The notes: generated by a model from the letters alone, not told the origin. Counted from the first letter of the stretch, positions 10,957-21,078 are shown. The stretch is 64,000 bases of DNA from Acidobacteriota bacterium (GCA_963666055.2 CAXWPH010000011.1:64001-128000), one strand, 5' to 3'. Translations and numbers: made by a program.

Positions 10957-10988
10957 AGGCCCGCCACACTCTTACCACGGCCTGCTAG
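10957..10988. repeat. Short palindromic element CAGGCC...GGCCTGCTAG (same family as 26337-26372)
   Basis: CAGGCCGCCACACTCTTACCACGGCCTGCTAG closely matches the reverse complement of 26337-26372. Confidence 0.65.
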
Positions 10989-11083
10989 CTGGCCCGTACT
11001 CTACAATCGCTACAGTTGCCTGCAGCGGCCTGGCAGGCACGATCCCGCTCGAACTCGCATAGCCGAGCGCACGATCTGCGTTC

Positions 11084-11109
11084 AAACCCCATGACCGTCC
11101 CGAGTATCT
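11084..11109 (+). promoter_or_regulatory. Candidate ECF autoregulatory promoter AAACCCC-N13-GTATCT
   Basis: AAC/GTA-type ECF elements upstream of the ECF gene; similar motif at 34858-34884. Confidence 0.45.
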
Positions 11110-11150
11110 AAGACCGTGAACGCCACGCGAGCACGTACTCGGGACATGTC

Positions 11151-11711
11151 ATGCAGGCAATCACCGAAAGACCGGCCGCGATGACAAGTCGCCCCGCAAA
11201 CGCGCTGGTCGATCGCGCCGCCAGCGGCGACAATGCAGCATTCGAGCAGCTATACCGCGAGCACAACGGCCGTATCTACGCCCTCTGCCTTCGCATGACG
11301 GGGAGGCCTGCTGAAGCTGAGGAGCTTACCCAACAGGCTTTCATCCGCGCCTGGGAGAAGCTCCATACGTTCCGTGGCGACGCGAGCTTCTCCACTTGGA
11401 TGCATCGGCTGGCAGCCAACGTGGTGCTCAGCCACAGACGAAGCGAGATGCGCCATCGAGCGCGTACGGTTGTGCAGGAGGATCTTTCCTTCCATGCCGA
11501 CCTCTCGGATCGCACCAACCGGGGCCCCGCGGTCGACCTGGAAGAGGCCATAGCAGCCCTACCCGAAGGCGCCCGCACGATCTTTGTGCTCTTCGACATC
11601 GAAGGCTACAGACACGACGAAATCGCCCAGCTCACCGGTGTTGCCTCCGGAACTTCGAAGGCACAGCTCCACCGAGCCCGGAGGCTGCTGCGGGAGGCGT
11701 TGAACAAATGA
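11151..11711 (+). CDS. ECF RNA polymerase sigma factor
   Basis: GDNAAFEQLY, AEELTQQAFIRAW, FSTWMHRLA, region 4 EIAQLTG..SGTSKAQLHRAR. Confidence 0.93.
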   Translation: MQAITERPAAMTSRPANALVDRAASGDNAAFEQLYREHNGRIYALCLRMTGRPAEAEELTQQAFIRAWEKLHTFRGDASFSTWMHRLAANVVLSHRRSEMRHRARTVVQEDLSFHADLSDRTNRGPAVDLEEAIAALPEGARTIFVLFDIEGYRHDEIAQLTGVASGTSKAQLHRARRLLREALNK

Positions 11712-12403
11712 ACGAAGACGAAGCAATCCGCTGCCTGGACGACCTCATCGACGGAACGCTCTCGGATGAGAAGCGGACCCGGTTGGAACAGCTGCTCGTG
11801 TGCTCGCCCGATCTGCGCGCCGAGCTCAGCCGCGTGCGCCAGCTGCAAGCGCGGACGGCCGACTTGCGGCGTGAGATCGCACCCGCCACCGACTTGTGGC
11901 CGGGGATCGCCGCCGGTATCGAGAAGCGCAAGGTGGTTCATCCGCGATTCGGTGCGCCTCGAGACAACGCCCGGATCCCCGAGTGGGCGATCGTCAACTG
12001 GCACCGCGTCGGCTCGATCGCGGCTGCCGCGATGCTGCTGGTCGCAGTATCTTCGGGCATTACTGCGTACTTGGTGCGCGCGCCGCTGGCATTCGACGAA
12101 TCGGCCGCCACGGTTGTGCCATCCGAAGACTTCGTCACCGTCGCCTGGGAGGGGTTCGAGGCCGCCGAGCGCAGCTATCTAGAGATCACCGACGAGCTCC
12201 TGCGGGCGCTCGACGAGCACCGGTCGGACCTGTCGCCGGAGACCATACGCATCGTCGAAGAGAGCCTGCGCTCGATTGAGCGAGCGATTGCCACCGCGCG
12301 CGCAGCGCTGCAGCGCGACCCGGCGAACGCCGGGCTGCTCATCCAGCTAACCGATATGTACCGCAAGCGAGTGACCTTCCTGCGGGAGATCAGTCGTCTC
12401 TAA
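11708..12403 (+). CDS. Anti-sigma factor (zf-HC2-like N-terminus, single TM helix)
   Basis: ATGA overlap with the ECF gene; LDDLIDGTL...LEQLL; DLWPGI; one TM segment; helical C-terminus. Confidence 0.8.
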   Translation: MNEDEAIRCLDDLIDGTLSDEKRTRLEQLLVCSPDLRAELSRVRQLQARTADLRREIAPATDLWPGIAAGIEKRKVVHPRFGAPRDNARIPEWAIVNWHRVGSIAAAAMLLVAVSSGITAYLVRAPLAFDESAATVVPSEDFVTVAWEGFEAAERSYLEITDELLRALDEHRSDLSPETIRIVEESLRSIERAIATARAALQRDPANAGLLIQLTDMYRKRVTFLREISRL

Positions 12404-12418
12404 CGAGGAGTGACCACG

Positions 12419-13294
12419 ATGAAACTACGCATGAGCTTCTGCCGCGTATCCGAACACAGCGCTCTATTACTGCTGTTCTCCACTCTCGTCATCGGACTCT
12501 CCTTGCCAGGCACCGCCCTGGCGCAGAGCCAAATCGAAGACCGGCGTGCGGTGGCTTCCGACGTGTGGATCGAGATCGACGAGATCATCGTGGGCGATAT
12601 CCGTGTCGTCGGGTGGGAAAATGACGAACTGCTGGTCACCGGCACCATTGGCGCCGACGTCGACGAGTTCGTCATAGAAGGCGGCCCGGAGTCGGTGGAG
12701 ATCTACGCCGAATGGGACGAATGGGACGAATGGGACGAAGACGGCGAGAACGAGGATCGCCGGCGACGCTGGCGTGGTCGCGGCCACCACGACGTTGACG
12801 TCATCCTCGAGATCCGCGTGCCGCACGGTGCCAGACTCGAGATCAACGGCGTAACCACCTCCGTACACGTCGAACAGGTTCACGGATCTATTGAAATCGA
12901 GACCGTCACGGGAACGATCGAGTACTCCGGCAATGCCACGGTGCTCGAATTGGCTAGCGTGACCGGCTCGATCGTCGCCAAGACATCGTCGCTGATGGAA
13001 GGCAGTTTCGAGACCGTCAACGGTGAGATTTACTTCGAGGGCGCCGTCGCCCCGGGAGCCGAGCTCGATTTCGAGGCGGTGAACGGCAGCGTCGAGTTGT
13101 TGCTTCCCGCCGACGTGTCGGCGAACTTCCATGTTGAGACGATGATGGGCGAGATCGTTAACGACTTCGGCGAGCAACCGCGCCGGACCAGCCGCTGGGT
13201 ACCTTCGCAGGAGCTGTCGTTCCGCACTGGCGGCGGCGACGCGGACATCAATATCGAGACCCTTCAGGGAGCCGTGCGGATCCGGCGACACTAA
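12419..13294 (+). CDS. DUF4097 family beta-strand repeat (putative adhesin) secreted protein
   Basis: Signal peptide ALA-Q; repeated (E)TV(N/T)G.I strands; typical ECF/anti-sigma/DUF4097 cassette; start 12410 or 12419. Confidence 0.8.
   Translation: MKLRMSFCRVSEHSALLLLFSTLVIGLSLPGTALAQSQIEDRRAVASDVWIEIDEIIVGDIRVVGWENDELLVTGTIGADVDEFVIEGGPESVEIYAEWDEWDEWDEDGENEDRRRRWRGRGHHDVDVILEIRVPHGARLEINGVTTSVHVEQVHGSIEIETVTGTIEYSGNATVLELASVTGSIVAKTSSLMEGSFETVNGEIYFEGAVAPGAELDFEAVNGSVELLLPADVSANFHVETMMGEIVNDFGEQPRRTSRWVPSQELSFRTGGGDADINIETLQGAVRIRRH
12710..12739 (+). repeat. 9-bp tandem repeat GAATGGGAC x3.3 (EWD repeat)
   Basis: Exact copies at 12710, 12719 and 12728. Confidence 0.85.
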
Positions 13295-13336
13295 CAGGGC
13301 GGCGGGGGTGGCGCCCGGCCGCGCTGCTACGCTACG

Positions 13337-15901
13337 TCACGCAGCGGCCGAGCCCATGACGCTGCCGTGGTCGCGAAACACACGCACCCGACGCAGCAAC
13401 ATGTTCGCCAGGTAGAGCAGCAGCGCCAACGCGGCCAACGCCGGCCACAAGCGCAACGGCCGGGTAACGGTCTGATCGCCCGCATCGAACAACTCGTCCA
13501 GTGCCGGGTCATACACACCGCCGGTCGCGGTGGCAAGATTGCGTAACGCTTCCTCGTCGGCCGGACGGTAGCGAAGCTCCTCGCTTACCACCGGCACCAA
13601 GGTGCGCTCGATATCGTCCCCACGATCCGACCAGCGGAAGCTTGCTTGGCTGTCGGGCGACAAAGGCAAGTGCGCCTCGTAGCGTCCCGGTGCGACCTGC
13701 GCCAGCTCGATCTCTGACTCGTCATCTCCGAGAGTGGCGGTCACGCTGGGGCGCAGAGCATTTCGATAACGGCCGGAATCGTCCACGAGCTCGAGGCGTA
13801 TTCGGGCGCCGGTCTGATCGCGGACGACAGTAAAGCTCGGAAGCTTGAAGGCGTCCTGCCGCATCGCTTCGCGCACCAGCTGCACCCAGAACTTGCCGTA
13901 CCCGTCCCACTCCAGCCAGGGCGCCGACCAGCGGTTCTTGACGTCGGCGGCGAAGAACACGGCGCGACCGAGACCGTACTGCCAGCGCACCAATATCGGA
14001 TCGCCCTCGTCGCCGGTGTCGAGAACGACTTCGGCGTTGTCCTTCGCCATCGTGCGTACGTAGCCCAGCAGTGCCGGCGCGGTGTCCATCTCGAGCCCTG
14101 CCAGCGCTTCAATGGGCTTGCGCACCTCGGGTCGCACCTCGCCGTCCTCCTCGAGCGTAATGCCCTGCGCCTTCTGCGTCTCTTCGACGAAGATCTCGGG
14201 TACTCGACTCGGGTCCTCGATGAAATAGCTACGCCCATCACCCCATCTGGCGATGTTGCCGAGCAGTTCGCGGTCGGCCTTACCGCCGACCGCCACCGTC
14301 GAGACAGTAATCTCATGCTCGGTCATCTCGGTTACTAGGCCCTCGTAGTCATCCTCGTAGGTCTTGCCATCGGATAGCAAGATGACGTGTTTGACCTCGG
14401 CCTCGGTCTGCTGCAGCGACAGGAACACGTCCTGCAATGCCGGGTAGATATTGGTCGGTGAGCTCGCTTCGATCGCCGAGATGCGCTCGCGCAGGCGTGC
14501 CTTGCCGCTCGCGAGTTGGATCGGCACCGGCCAATAAAAGTGATAGTCGAATGCCAGCAAGCCGAATTGCTGGTCGTCTTCGAGTAGGTCGAGGGCAGCC
14601 TTCGACGCCTCCTTGGCGAGCGCCATCTTGTCGCCGACCATGCTGTATGACTTGTCTAGCGCGATCACCAGGGCGAGGTCCTTGGGTTTACGCTCGGCTT
14701 TGAACCAGATCGGCATGGCGCGCTCGATCGGCGTGTCCGCATAGCCGTCTTCGCCGTACACGGATTCGCCGCCGGCCAGCAGCAGGCCGCCACCGTAGTC
14801 GGACACGTAGGCCTCGATGGCGTTCATTGCTGGAACGCTGAGCAGCCGAGGATCGACGTCGCTCAAGATCACGGCGGCGTAGGGCTCGAAGCGCCGACTG
14901 TCAGTGGGTAGGTTCCAGGGAAGGCCGACATCGACCTCGAAGCCACCTTCCAGGAGCGCATCGCGCAGGTAGTCGACAGTGCCAACGCGTCCTTCCACAT
15001 ACAACAGTCGCGAGCGTTCGACGACGTGGAGTGCGATCTGGACGAGGTTGTTCCGTGGCTCCGGGTCCCCCTCTATCTGAAGCAGGACATCGATTATCGC
15101 CGGGCCCCCGTCCTCGAGCACCGGACGCAACTGCACGGTCGTCGCACCCGGCAACAGCTGCACCGTTTCAGAGGTCAGCAGGCGGCGCTCCTGGGCCACG
15201 ATGAGCGATCCTTCGACCGCCACCTGCGCGTACAACTCGACGCGCAGCGCAAACGGCAAGCCGGCGGTGACGGTGTCGTCAGAATCGACGCTGTCGATCC
15301 AGGCATCGGCGCGATCCCGCGCTGCCGTCGTACGCGTGTAGGTTCGCACCCCGTCGAGGCGCAGCCGGTCCACGGCACGATCGAAGTCACCGCGGTTGCC
15401 GTGGCCGTCGGTCAACAGCACCAAGCGAGCTACATAGTACGGGGGCAACGCCGCCAAGCCGCGCTCGATCGCGGACGCCAGGTCGGTGGCCGATCGGTCG
15501 ACGGCACCGAGCACGGAGCCATCCGCAACGCGGACCTCACGGAGTCCAGCAGCGTCGTCGGCCTCCACGGCGTTGGCGCCAAAGGCGAAGAAGCCGGAAG
15601 TATCTGCCTCGCCGCGCTCGACCGCCTCCTGCACCCAGGTGATGGCTTCGTCGACCGCCAGCGGCTTGACGCTATGCGACACGTCGAGCAAGTAAACGAC
15701 CGAGAGCCAGGAACCCGAACGGTGCAACACCGGTTGGCTCATCGCCAGAATCACCAGCGCCAGTGCCACCCCCCGGAGCAGCAGCATCAAGTCGAGCTGA
15801 CGCGGGTGGAACTCGATGATGGTGTGCCTCCGCACCCACCACAGGCCGGCTATCCCGGGAAGCAACAACAACGGCCACGTCTGTTCGAAGGTGATCTGCA
15901 T
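13337..15901 (-). CDS. VWA domain membrane protein with GATase1-like domain (two VWA domains)
   Basis: MIDAS DVSHS...LTDG and DKSYS...LSDG; AVILSDV...GGGLLLAGG; WQYGLGR; start ATG 15901. Confidence 0.85.
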   Translation of the reverse strand: MQITFEQTWPLLLLPGIAGLWWVRRHTIIEFHPRQLDLMLLLRGVALALVILAMSQPVLHRSGSWLSVVYLLDVSHSVKPLAVDEAITWVQEAVERGEADTSGFFAFGANAVEADDAAGLREVRVADGSVLGAVDRSATDLASAIERGLAALPPYYVARLVLLTDGHGNRGDFDRAVDRLRLDGVRTYTRTTAARDRADAWIDSVDSDDTVTAGLPFALRVELYAQVAVEGSLIVAQERRLLTSETVQLLPGATTVQLRPVLEDGGPAIIDVLLQIEGDPEPRNNLVQIALHVVERSRLLYVEGRVGTVDYLRDALLEGGFEVDVGLPWNLPTDSRRFEPYAAVILSDVDPRLLSVPAMNAIEAYVSDYGGGLLLAGGESVYGEDGYADTPIERAMPIWFKAERKPKDLALVIALDKSYSMVGDKMALAKEASKAALDLLEDDQQFGLLAFDYHFYWPVPIQLASGKARLRERISAIEASSPTNIYPALQDVFLSLQQTEAEVKHVILLSDGKTYEDDYEGLVTEMTEHEITVSTVAVGGKADRELLGNIARWGDGRSYFIEDPSRVPEIFVEETQKAQGITLEEDGEVRPEVRKPIEALAGLEMDTAPALLGYVRTMAKDNAEVVLDTGDEGDPILVRWQYGLGRAVFFAADVKNRWSAPWLEWDGYGKFWVQLVREAMRQDAFKLPSFTVVRDQTGARIRLELVDDSGRYRNALRPSVTATLGDDESEIELAQVAPGRYEAHLPLSPDSQASFRWSDRGDDIERTLVPVVSEELRYRPADEEALRNLATATGGVYDPALDELFDAGDQTVTRPLRLWPALAALALLLYLANMLLRRVRVFRDHGSVMGSAAA

Positions 15902-15924
15902 CGACTGACTTCCGCCACGACCTG

Positions 15925-17745
15925 CTAGACGGTGATCCTCCGGTGATAGGTCAGCGCTTCGAGCGCCAGTAGTGCCGCCGCCAACGCCAGCAGCGTCGGC
16001 CACAGGCGCCGCGCCATTGCCGGCACCTCGAGATTCTCGTCTCCCTCTTCCAGGGCGCTCCGGTTGATCGCCGACGTTGCCCGACCACCGGCGCCTACCG
16101 AGATCGGTACGCGGCCTTGAGCGCTCGTGGCCATGAAGAGCCCCGGGCGCAAGGCGGTGAAGTAGCTTCGCTCACCGGACCGGCGCACCGCCACCGGCTC
16201 GTTTGACAGAACATCGACGACGGTCACTCCGACCTCCGTCAACACGACGTCTCCGAGCTCAGCGGTGCGGGTCGAGAGATGCGGCCGGAACCATCGCAGC
16301 ACATTGCTGACGAAAATCGGGAAGCCGAGGCTCTGTTCGAAGTCGGAGTCACCAAGCGCGAACGTGATTACGATCCACGGTGCGATCTCGCTTCGACCAC
16401 TGAGGATCAGCGGCACGCTGGCATCGCCCGCGAGCATCGTCGCGCTGCCCAGATCGACGCGCACGGCGCGCTCGACTTTGACGTCGTGTAGGTCGACGAA
16501 TTGCATGATGGTGGACGCCGAATCGGTCGTCGTAACGACGAGGTCGCGCGCCGCCCCTCGTGGCTGCGGCAACCAGCTGACTTCGTCGGGCGCAAAAAGC
16601 ACCGCCGGAGTCGGTGGCGGCTCGCCAGGAGCGTAGCCTTCGAAGATGAATCCGTCGAAAGCTGGCGGCTGGGCGGCAGCCTGCGACATTCCTCCAACCC
16701 CGCCGGTACTCAGACCAATCCTCCAATCCTCGTACTGGGCCGGCGTCATCGCGGTCAGCTCAAGGTGGGGCAGCTCCAGAAGCAGCTCCGATAGCGACGA
16801 GGGCTGCTGGCTGACCATAGCGATCCGCTGCGCACGCTGTTCGGCGACGAACACGTAGGCGCTGTCGTCGAGGTCGAGCGCGTCGCCCTCGGTACGCACC
16901 TCGGCCTCCAGAACGCCGCCCTGTAGTGGGGTCAGATCGAAAGTGTTTCGATACAGCTCATCCGGCTGCAGCGCGACGCTGCGCCGAAACTGCACGCCGC
17001 CGGAATCGCGCAGCACGATGGTCGTTTCCTGCGTCTCGGTGGAGAAGTTGCCCACCTCCAGAAACGCCTCGGACCGATACGGGTCCGATGGCCAGGGGCG
17101 GACCTCGAAAGAAGTCACGCCCACGTTCACGGCGGGCTCGTAGACCGGAGCGACACGGTAGTCCGGCGGCAGGGGCGGCAAGCCGACGCCATCGGTGACC
17201 ACCCAGGTCTCGGTGTCAGGCTCCGGATCGGGCAGCAGGAACCGCCAACCGACCGCTCGCAGGTCGACGAGGGCCGCGCCCACCGCTCGCCGATCCCGGG
17301 TTCGCGCCGCAATCAGCCGGCCATCGGTGTCGTAGACCGTGAAGCTGTCGGCTCCCGAGCCGCCTCCCAGCAACTCGGCGGCGCGGTCGAGCGCCGCCTG
17401 CAGGCGCGACCGCCCATCACTCATCTGCGCCGCCATGTGCGGCCGGATGTCGATCACCAGCCGGATGTCTCGCGGTGTGCGGCCGGCACCGCCGAGCTCC
17501 GCCTGGGAGAACACCATGACCAGCGACAAACCGATGGCGAGCGCAATCAGCAACGAGATCAGCCGCCTCAGCAGCTCCATCCACGAGCGCCGCTTACGTC
17601 TCTCTAGTACGCGCTCCCAAAGGAACGATGACGAGACCACAACACGGCGATGCTGAATCCGCAGAAAGAAGATCACCACGATCGCAATCGCGGTCGCCGC
17701 CAGCAGCACCCAGGCCTGCCACTGCGCCAGCGCCAGGAACGTCAT
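15925..17745 (-). CDS. BatA-type N-terminal double-TM / degenerate VWA protein
   Basis: BatA-like VVVSSSFLWE, VTDG, NVGVTSF, C-terminal anchor LW..LL...LE; MIDAS degenerate (DIRPH). Confidence 0.75.
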   Translation of the reverse strand: MTFLALAQWQAWVLLAATAIAIVVIFFLRIQHRRVVVSSSFLWERVLERRKRRSWMELLRRLISLLIALAIGLSLVMVFSQAELGGAGRTPRDIRLVIDIRPHMAAQMSDGRSRLQAALDRAAELLGGGSGADSFTVYDTDGRLIAARTRDRRAVGAALVDLRAVGWRFLLPDPEPDTETWVVTDGVGLPPLPPDYRVAPVYEPAVNVGVTSFEVRPWPSDPYRSEAFLEVGNFSTETQETTIVLRDSGGVQFRRSVALQPDELYRNTFDLTPLQGGVLEAEVRTEGDALDLDDSAYVFVAEQRAQRIAMVSQQPSSLSELLLELPHLELTAMTPAQYEDWRIGLSTGGVGGMSQAAAQPPAFDGFIFEGYAPGEPPPTPAVLFAPDEVSWLPQPRGAARDLVVTTTDSASTIMQFVDLHDVKVERAVRVDLGSATMLAGDASVPLILSGRSEIAPWIVITFALGDSDFEQSLGFPIFVSNVLRWFRPHLSTRTAELGDVVLTEVGVTVVDVLSNEPVAVRRSGERSYFTALRPGLFMATSAQGRVPISVGAGGRATSAINRSALEEGDENLEVPAMARRLWPTLLALAAALLALEALTYHRRITV

Positions 17746-17752
17746 CGCGCCC

Positions 17753-18628
17753 TCACGAGAGGAACCTTCCCTGTCGCATTACCTGCAAGATAAGTTCCTC
17801 GAAGGGGAACTCGGTGAGCGTGCGCACATAGCTGAAACCGTACAGGGTGCAGTACCGCTCCAGCTCGTCACAGTAGCGATCGTACTCCTGTGCGTAGGCC
17901 TGCAGCAGGTTCGGCGTGACGGTAACGTCCTGAGGCTGGCGCGTCTCCGAATCGATCAGCGTGACCTCGCCATTCAGGCTGGGCGACATGTCCTGCGGGC
18001 TGGCGACGTGCACAGCGAGCAGATCCTGGCGACGATACCGGACGATGTCGAACGCTTTGGTGGCGCCATTGGGGTCGAAGAAGTCGGAGATCGCCACCGT
18101 CATGCCGCGACGGCGCTTGGCAGTAAAGAATCGGTGGAACGCCCTACCGGCATTGGTCTCGTGGCTGGCTCGCACGCGCGCCAGAAACCGCAGGATGTTG
18201 AAGATCTGGCCCTTGCTGCGCTGCGCTGGCAACTCCTCGATAATCCCCTCGGCATAGACCACCAGGTTGACGCGATCCAGGTTCGAAAGGCCGATGTACG
18301 CCAGCGCCGCAGCCACCTTCTTCGCATAGTCGAGCTTCTTGCCACCATCGGTTCCCATCGACTGGCTAGCGTCGACGAACAGGTAGATGGGAAGGTCGGT
18401 CTCCTCTTCGTACAATCTCAGGATCAGGCGACCGAGCCGCATGTAGGCGCGCCAATCGACGGCGCGGAAGTCGTCTCCCGGGACGTAGCCACGAAAGTCG
18501 GCAAACTCCACGCCGGCACCCACCTTGCGGGCGCGACGCTCTGCCTTGAACTGCCCCGAAAGCAGCCGCTTGGAGACCACGCTGAGTAGCTCGAGCTTGC
18601 GTAAGAACTCCTCGTCGAACGGCCCCAG
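17753..18628 (-). CDS. DUF58 domain protein (start uncertain)
   Basis: G.EFADFRGY.PGDD.R.VDW, YEEE, DASQSM, ISDF. The conserved-looking FDEEFLRKLELL lies upstream of the first GTG (18580), so the start is probably earlier. Confidence 0.88.
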   Translation of the reverse strand: MGPFDEEFLRKLELLSVVSKRLLSGQFKAERRARKVGAGVEFADFRGYVPGDDFRAVDWRAYMRLGRLILRLYEEETDLPIYLFVDASQSMGTDGGKKLDYAKKVAAALAYIGLSNLDRVNLVVYAEGIIEELPAQRSKGQIFNILRFLARVRASHETNAGRAFHRFFTAKRRRGMTVAISDFFDPNGATKAFDIVRYRRQDLLAVHVASPQDMSPSLNGEVTLIDSETRQPQDVTVTPNLLQAYAQEYDRYCDELERYCTLYGFSYVRTLTEFPFEELILQVMRQGRFLS

Positions 18629-18694
18629 GCCGCCCTCGCTCAGCGGCTCAGCATTCGCGGCACTCAGCAGCCTGCTCGGGTGATCACGGGAATT

Positions 18695-19687
18695 CTACTC
18701 GCCGGGCCCCGGCAGGCTCTCGAGAATCTCCGCCAAGATCGTGTCGGTGTCGATGCGGTCGGCCTCGCCTTCGAAGTTGAGCAACACGCGGTGTCGCAGG
18801 GCCGGCATCACGTTGGCACGGATGTCTTCCGCCGCAACGTGCACTCGACCATGCAGCAACGCGCGGATCTTACCGGCAAGCACGAGCGCCTGGATGGCGC
18901 GCGGCCCGGCGCCGTAGCGCACGTACCGCTCGGTCTCGTGCACCGCGTGCTCCGAGCCCGGATGCGTGGCCAGGGTGAGCCGAATGGCATAGTCCTGCAC
19001 CGGCTTGGAGATCGGCACCGAGCGCGCCGTCTTGCGCATCTCGACGATCTGCTCGCCATCGAGCACCCGCGTCACCGTCGGCTCATCGGCCTGCGTCGTA
19101 CGGTCCATGATCTCGTGCAGATCATCGACGCTGGGGAAGTCGAGCTTGAGCTTGAACAAGAAACGGTCGAGCTGCGCCTCCGGCAAGGGATACGTCCCTT
19201 CCATCTCGAGCGGATTCTGGGTAGCGAGCACGAAGAACGGCTGCTCCAGCTGGTAGGTCTCGCGGCCCACCGAGACGCTGTTTTCTTGCATCGCCTCCAG
19301 CAGCGCCGACTGCGTCTTCGGGGTGGCGCGGTTGATCTCGTCAGCCAGAACGATGTTGGCGAAGATCGGCCCGGGCTGGAACTCGAGATGCCGCCCACCA
19401 TCCGGCGTTTCGTGCACTACGTTCGTTCCCACGATATCCGCAGGCATCAAGTCGGGGGTGAACTGGATGCGGTGGAAATCCAGGTGCAACACGTCGGCGA
19501 GTGTGTGCACCAGCTTGGTCTTGCCGAGCCCCGGTATGCCCTCCAGCAGCGCGTGACCTCCGGCCAGGAGGGCGGTCAGGATCCCGGCGATCACCTCGTC
19601 GTTGCCGACGATGACCTTGCCGATCTCGTCCCGGACGATCTGGAACCGTCCCTGGAAGCTCTCGATGCTCTCTTCGACTTCGATCAT
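18695..19687 (-). CDS. moxR: MoxR family AAA ATPase
   Basis: GHALLEGIPGLGKT, RIQFTPDLMPADI, LADEINRA.PKTQSALLEAM, ATQNPLEMEGTYPLPEAQLDRF. Confidence 0.95.
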   Translation of the reverse strand: MIEVEESIESFQGRFQIVRDEIGKVIVGNDEVIAGILTALLAGGHALLEGIPGLGKTKLVHTLADVLHLDFHRIQFTPDLMPADIVGTNVVHETPDGGRHLEFQPGPIFANIVLADEINRATPKTQSALLEAMQENSVSVGRETYQLEQPFFVLATQNPLEMEGTYPLPEAQLDRFLFKLKLDFPSVDDLHEIMDRTTQADEPTVTRVLDGEQIVEMRKTARSVPISKPVQDYAIRLTLATHPGSEHAVHETERYVRYGAGPRAIQALVLAGKIRALLHGRVHVAAEDIRANVMPALRHRVLLNFEGEADRIDTDTILAEILESLPGPGE

Positions 19688-20985
19688 CGTCCTTCGTCTT
19701 CTTTCTGGTTGTCACGGGCGCGCAGTGTCTTGAAGTACGACCGCACGAGATCCCGGTAGCTCCACGGCACGGTCTCGGTCTGCATGAGCTCCTGTTGGGC
19801 GAACTCGCTGGGCGACTCCACGGTCTGAAACTCGAGCCGCGACTGCTCAGCCTTGATGACGATCTCCTCCTTCTCCTCGATCTCCTCCTCGCCTTCCTCC
19901 TCCGACATTGCCAGGATCTCGCGCTGCAGCTCCACCTCCAAGGTGCTCAGCTCGCCCTGCACCAGATCTTGTTCCTCTCCGCCTTCGCGCGTCGCATGCC
20001 CAACCTCTTCCTCACCCAGTTGGGGCTGGTCGGCCGCATCCGTACCCTGCTGCAGGAACACCTCGTCGCCGCCAGGCAACGTGGTGCCGCTTTCCTCGGT
20101 TGATTCGCCCTGGCCCTCCTGCTGACTGGCGTTTGGGTCGGGTGCCTGCTCACCTTCGGTATCGGCGGGGATGTCTTCTGGGTTCTCGACCTGAGTCTGC
20201 TCGCCTTCCTCGCCTGCCTCCCCCTCTTCGCCGGCCTCATCCCCCTCGGTGAACGCGCCGTCGGGATCTGGCCCCTGCTCCTCCAGCGCCGAGTCCTCCT
20301 CGAGCGCGTTCTCGGCCGTCTCCCCTTCGTCGCCCGGCTGCGGCATGAGCAGCTGCTCGTCGGCAGCAGGGGCTGGTGGCTCATCGGGCCGCGAAGCGGG
20401 GTCGGCGGCCTCTTCCAGCGCTGTCAGCGCCTCCATGCTCTCGTCGACGGGTTCGCCGGCTGATGCCATATCGCTCAATCGATCAACGACGTTCTCGAAC
20501 ACCCGTGGTACAGGCAAGAGCGCCACGGCCAGCAAGCCAGCGAAGCAGCCGGCAGCCAGGCCTAAGCGCCGCGGACGACGAACCGGTAGCAGCTTACCGC
20601 CGTCCAGCGCGCGGGCAGTATCCGCGGCGCGCTCGATGTGAAGTCCCACCCAGTCGTCCTCCAGCGGGTGACGTACGAACCAGTAGGCTGACGTCAGCTC
20701 GTCGGTCAGGTCGGCAGCCTCGTCGGCGCGCGCAGCAGCCTGCCAGAGCGGTATCGGGCGCGCGCAGCGCATGATGATCCGTACCGCGGCAGCGACGGCG
20801 ACAAGCGCGAAAAACGGCCACCCCAGGACGATCTGGAGGGGCATGGTGACGTTCCACAACGCCATGAGCAACCAGGCCGCCAGCGCACCGCCGACGGAAT
20901 CAGCGAGCTCCTGTAACAGCCGGTTGGTCCGGGCTCGGCGCACCAAATCGCGCAATAGGCGGAGGATCGATGTGGAGTCGGGCAT
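19684..20985 (-). CDS. Hypothetical membrane protein with acidic low-complexity C-terminus (first gene of the MoxR operon)
   Basis: Three TM segments, ADLTDELTSA motif, E/G/Q-rich tail, terminal VPWSYRDLVRSYF typical of MoxR-associated proteins; ATGA overlap. Confidence 0.75.
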   Translation of the reverse strand: MPDSTSILRLLRDLVRRARTNRLLQELADSVGGALAAWLLMALWNVTMPLQIVLGWPFFALVAVAAAVRIIMRCARPIPLWQAAARADEAADLTDELTSAYWFVRHPLEDDWVGLHIERAADTARALDGGKLLPVRRPRRLGLAAGCFAGLLAVALLPVPRVFENVVDRLSDMASAGEPVDESMEALTALEEAADPASRPDEPPAPAADEQLLMPQPGDEGETAENALEEDSALEEQGPDPDGAFTEGDEAGEEGEAGEEGEQTQVENPEDIPADTEGEQAPDPNASQQEGQGESTEESGTTLPGGDEVFLQQGTDAADQPQLGEEEVGHATREGGEEQDLVQGELSTLEVELQREILAMSEEEGEEEIEEKEEIVIKAEQSRLEFQTVESPSEFAQQELMQTETVPWSYRDLVRSYFKTLRARDNQKEDEGR

Positions 20986-21078
20986 GAGACCAAAAGGGGA
21001 CCGTTAAAAAGGCGCTTTACCCTAGCATAACGCCCCTGTTGCGCTGAGTTCATTCGACCGTAGTCTTTGCCCCGAGGC

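Noticed and set aside
18680-19759. Long antisense ORFs (e.g. 18680..19759, 26372..27358, 50148..51173, 54984..56006, 56518..57558)
   Set aside because: Mirror frames of well-supported genes, expected in high-GC DNA; no motifs
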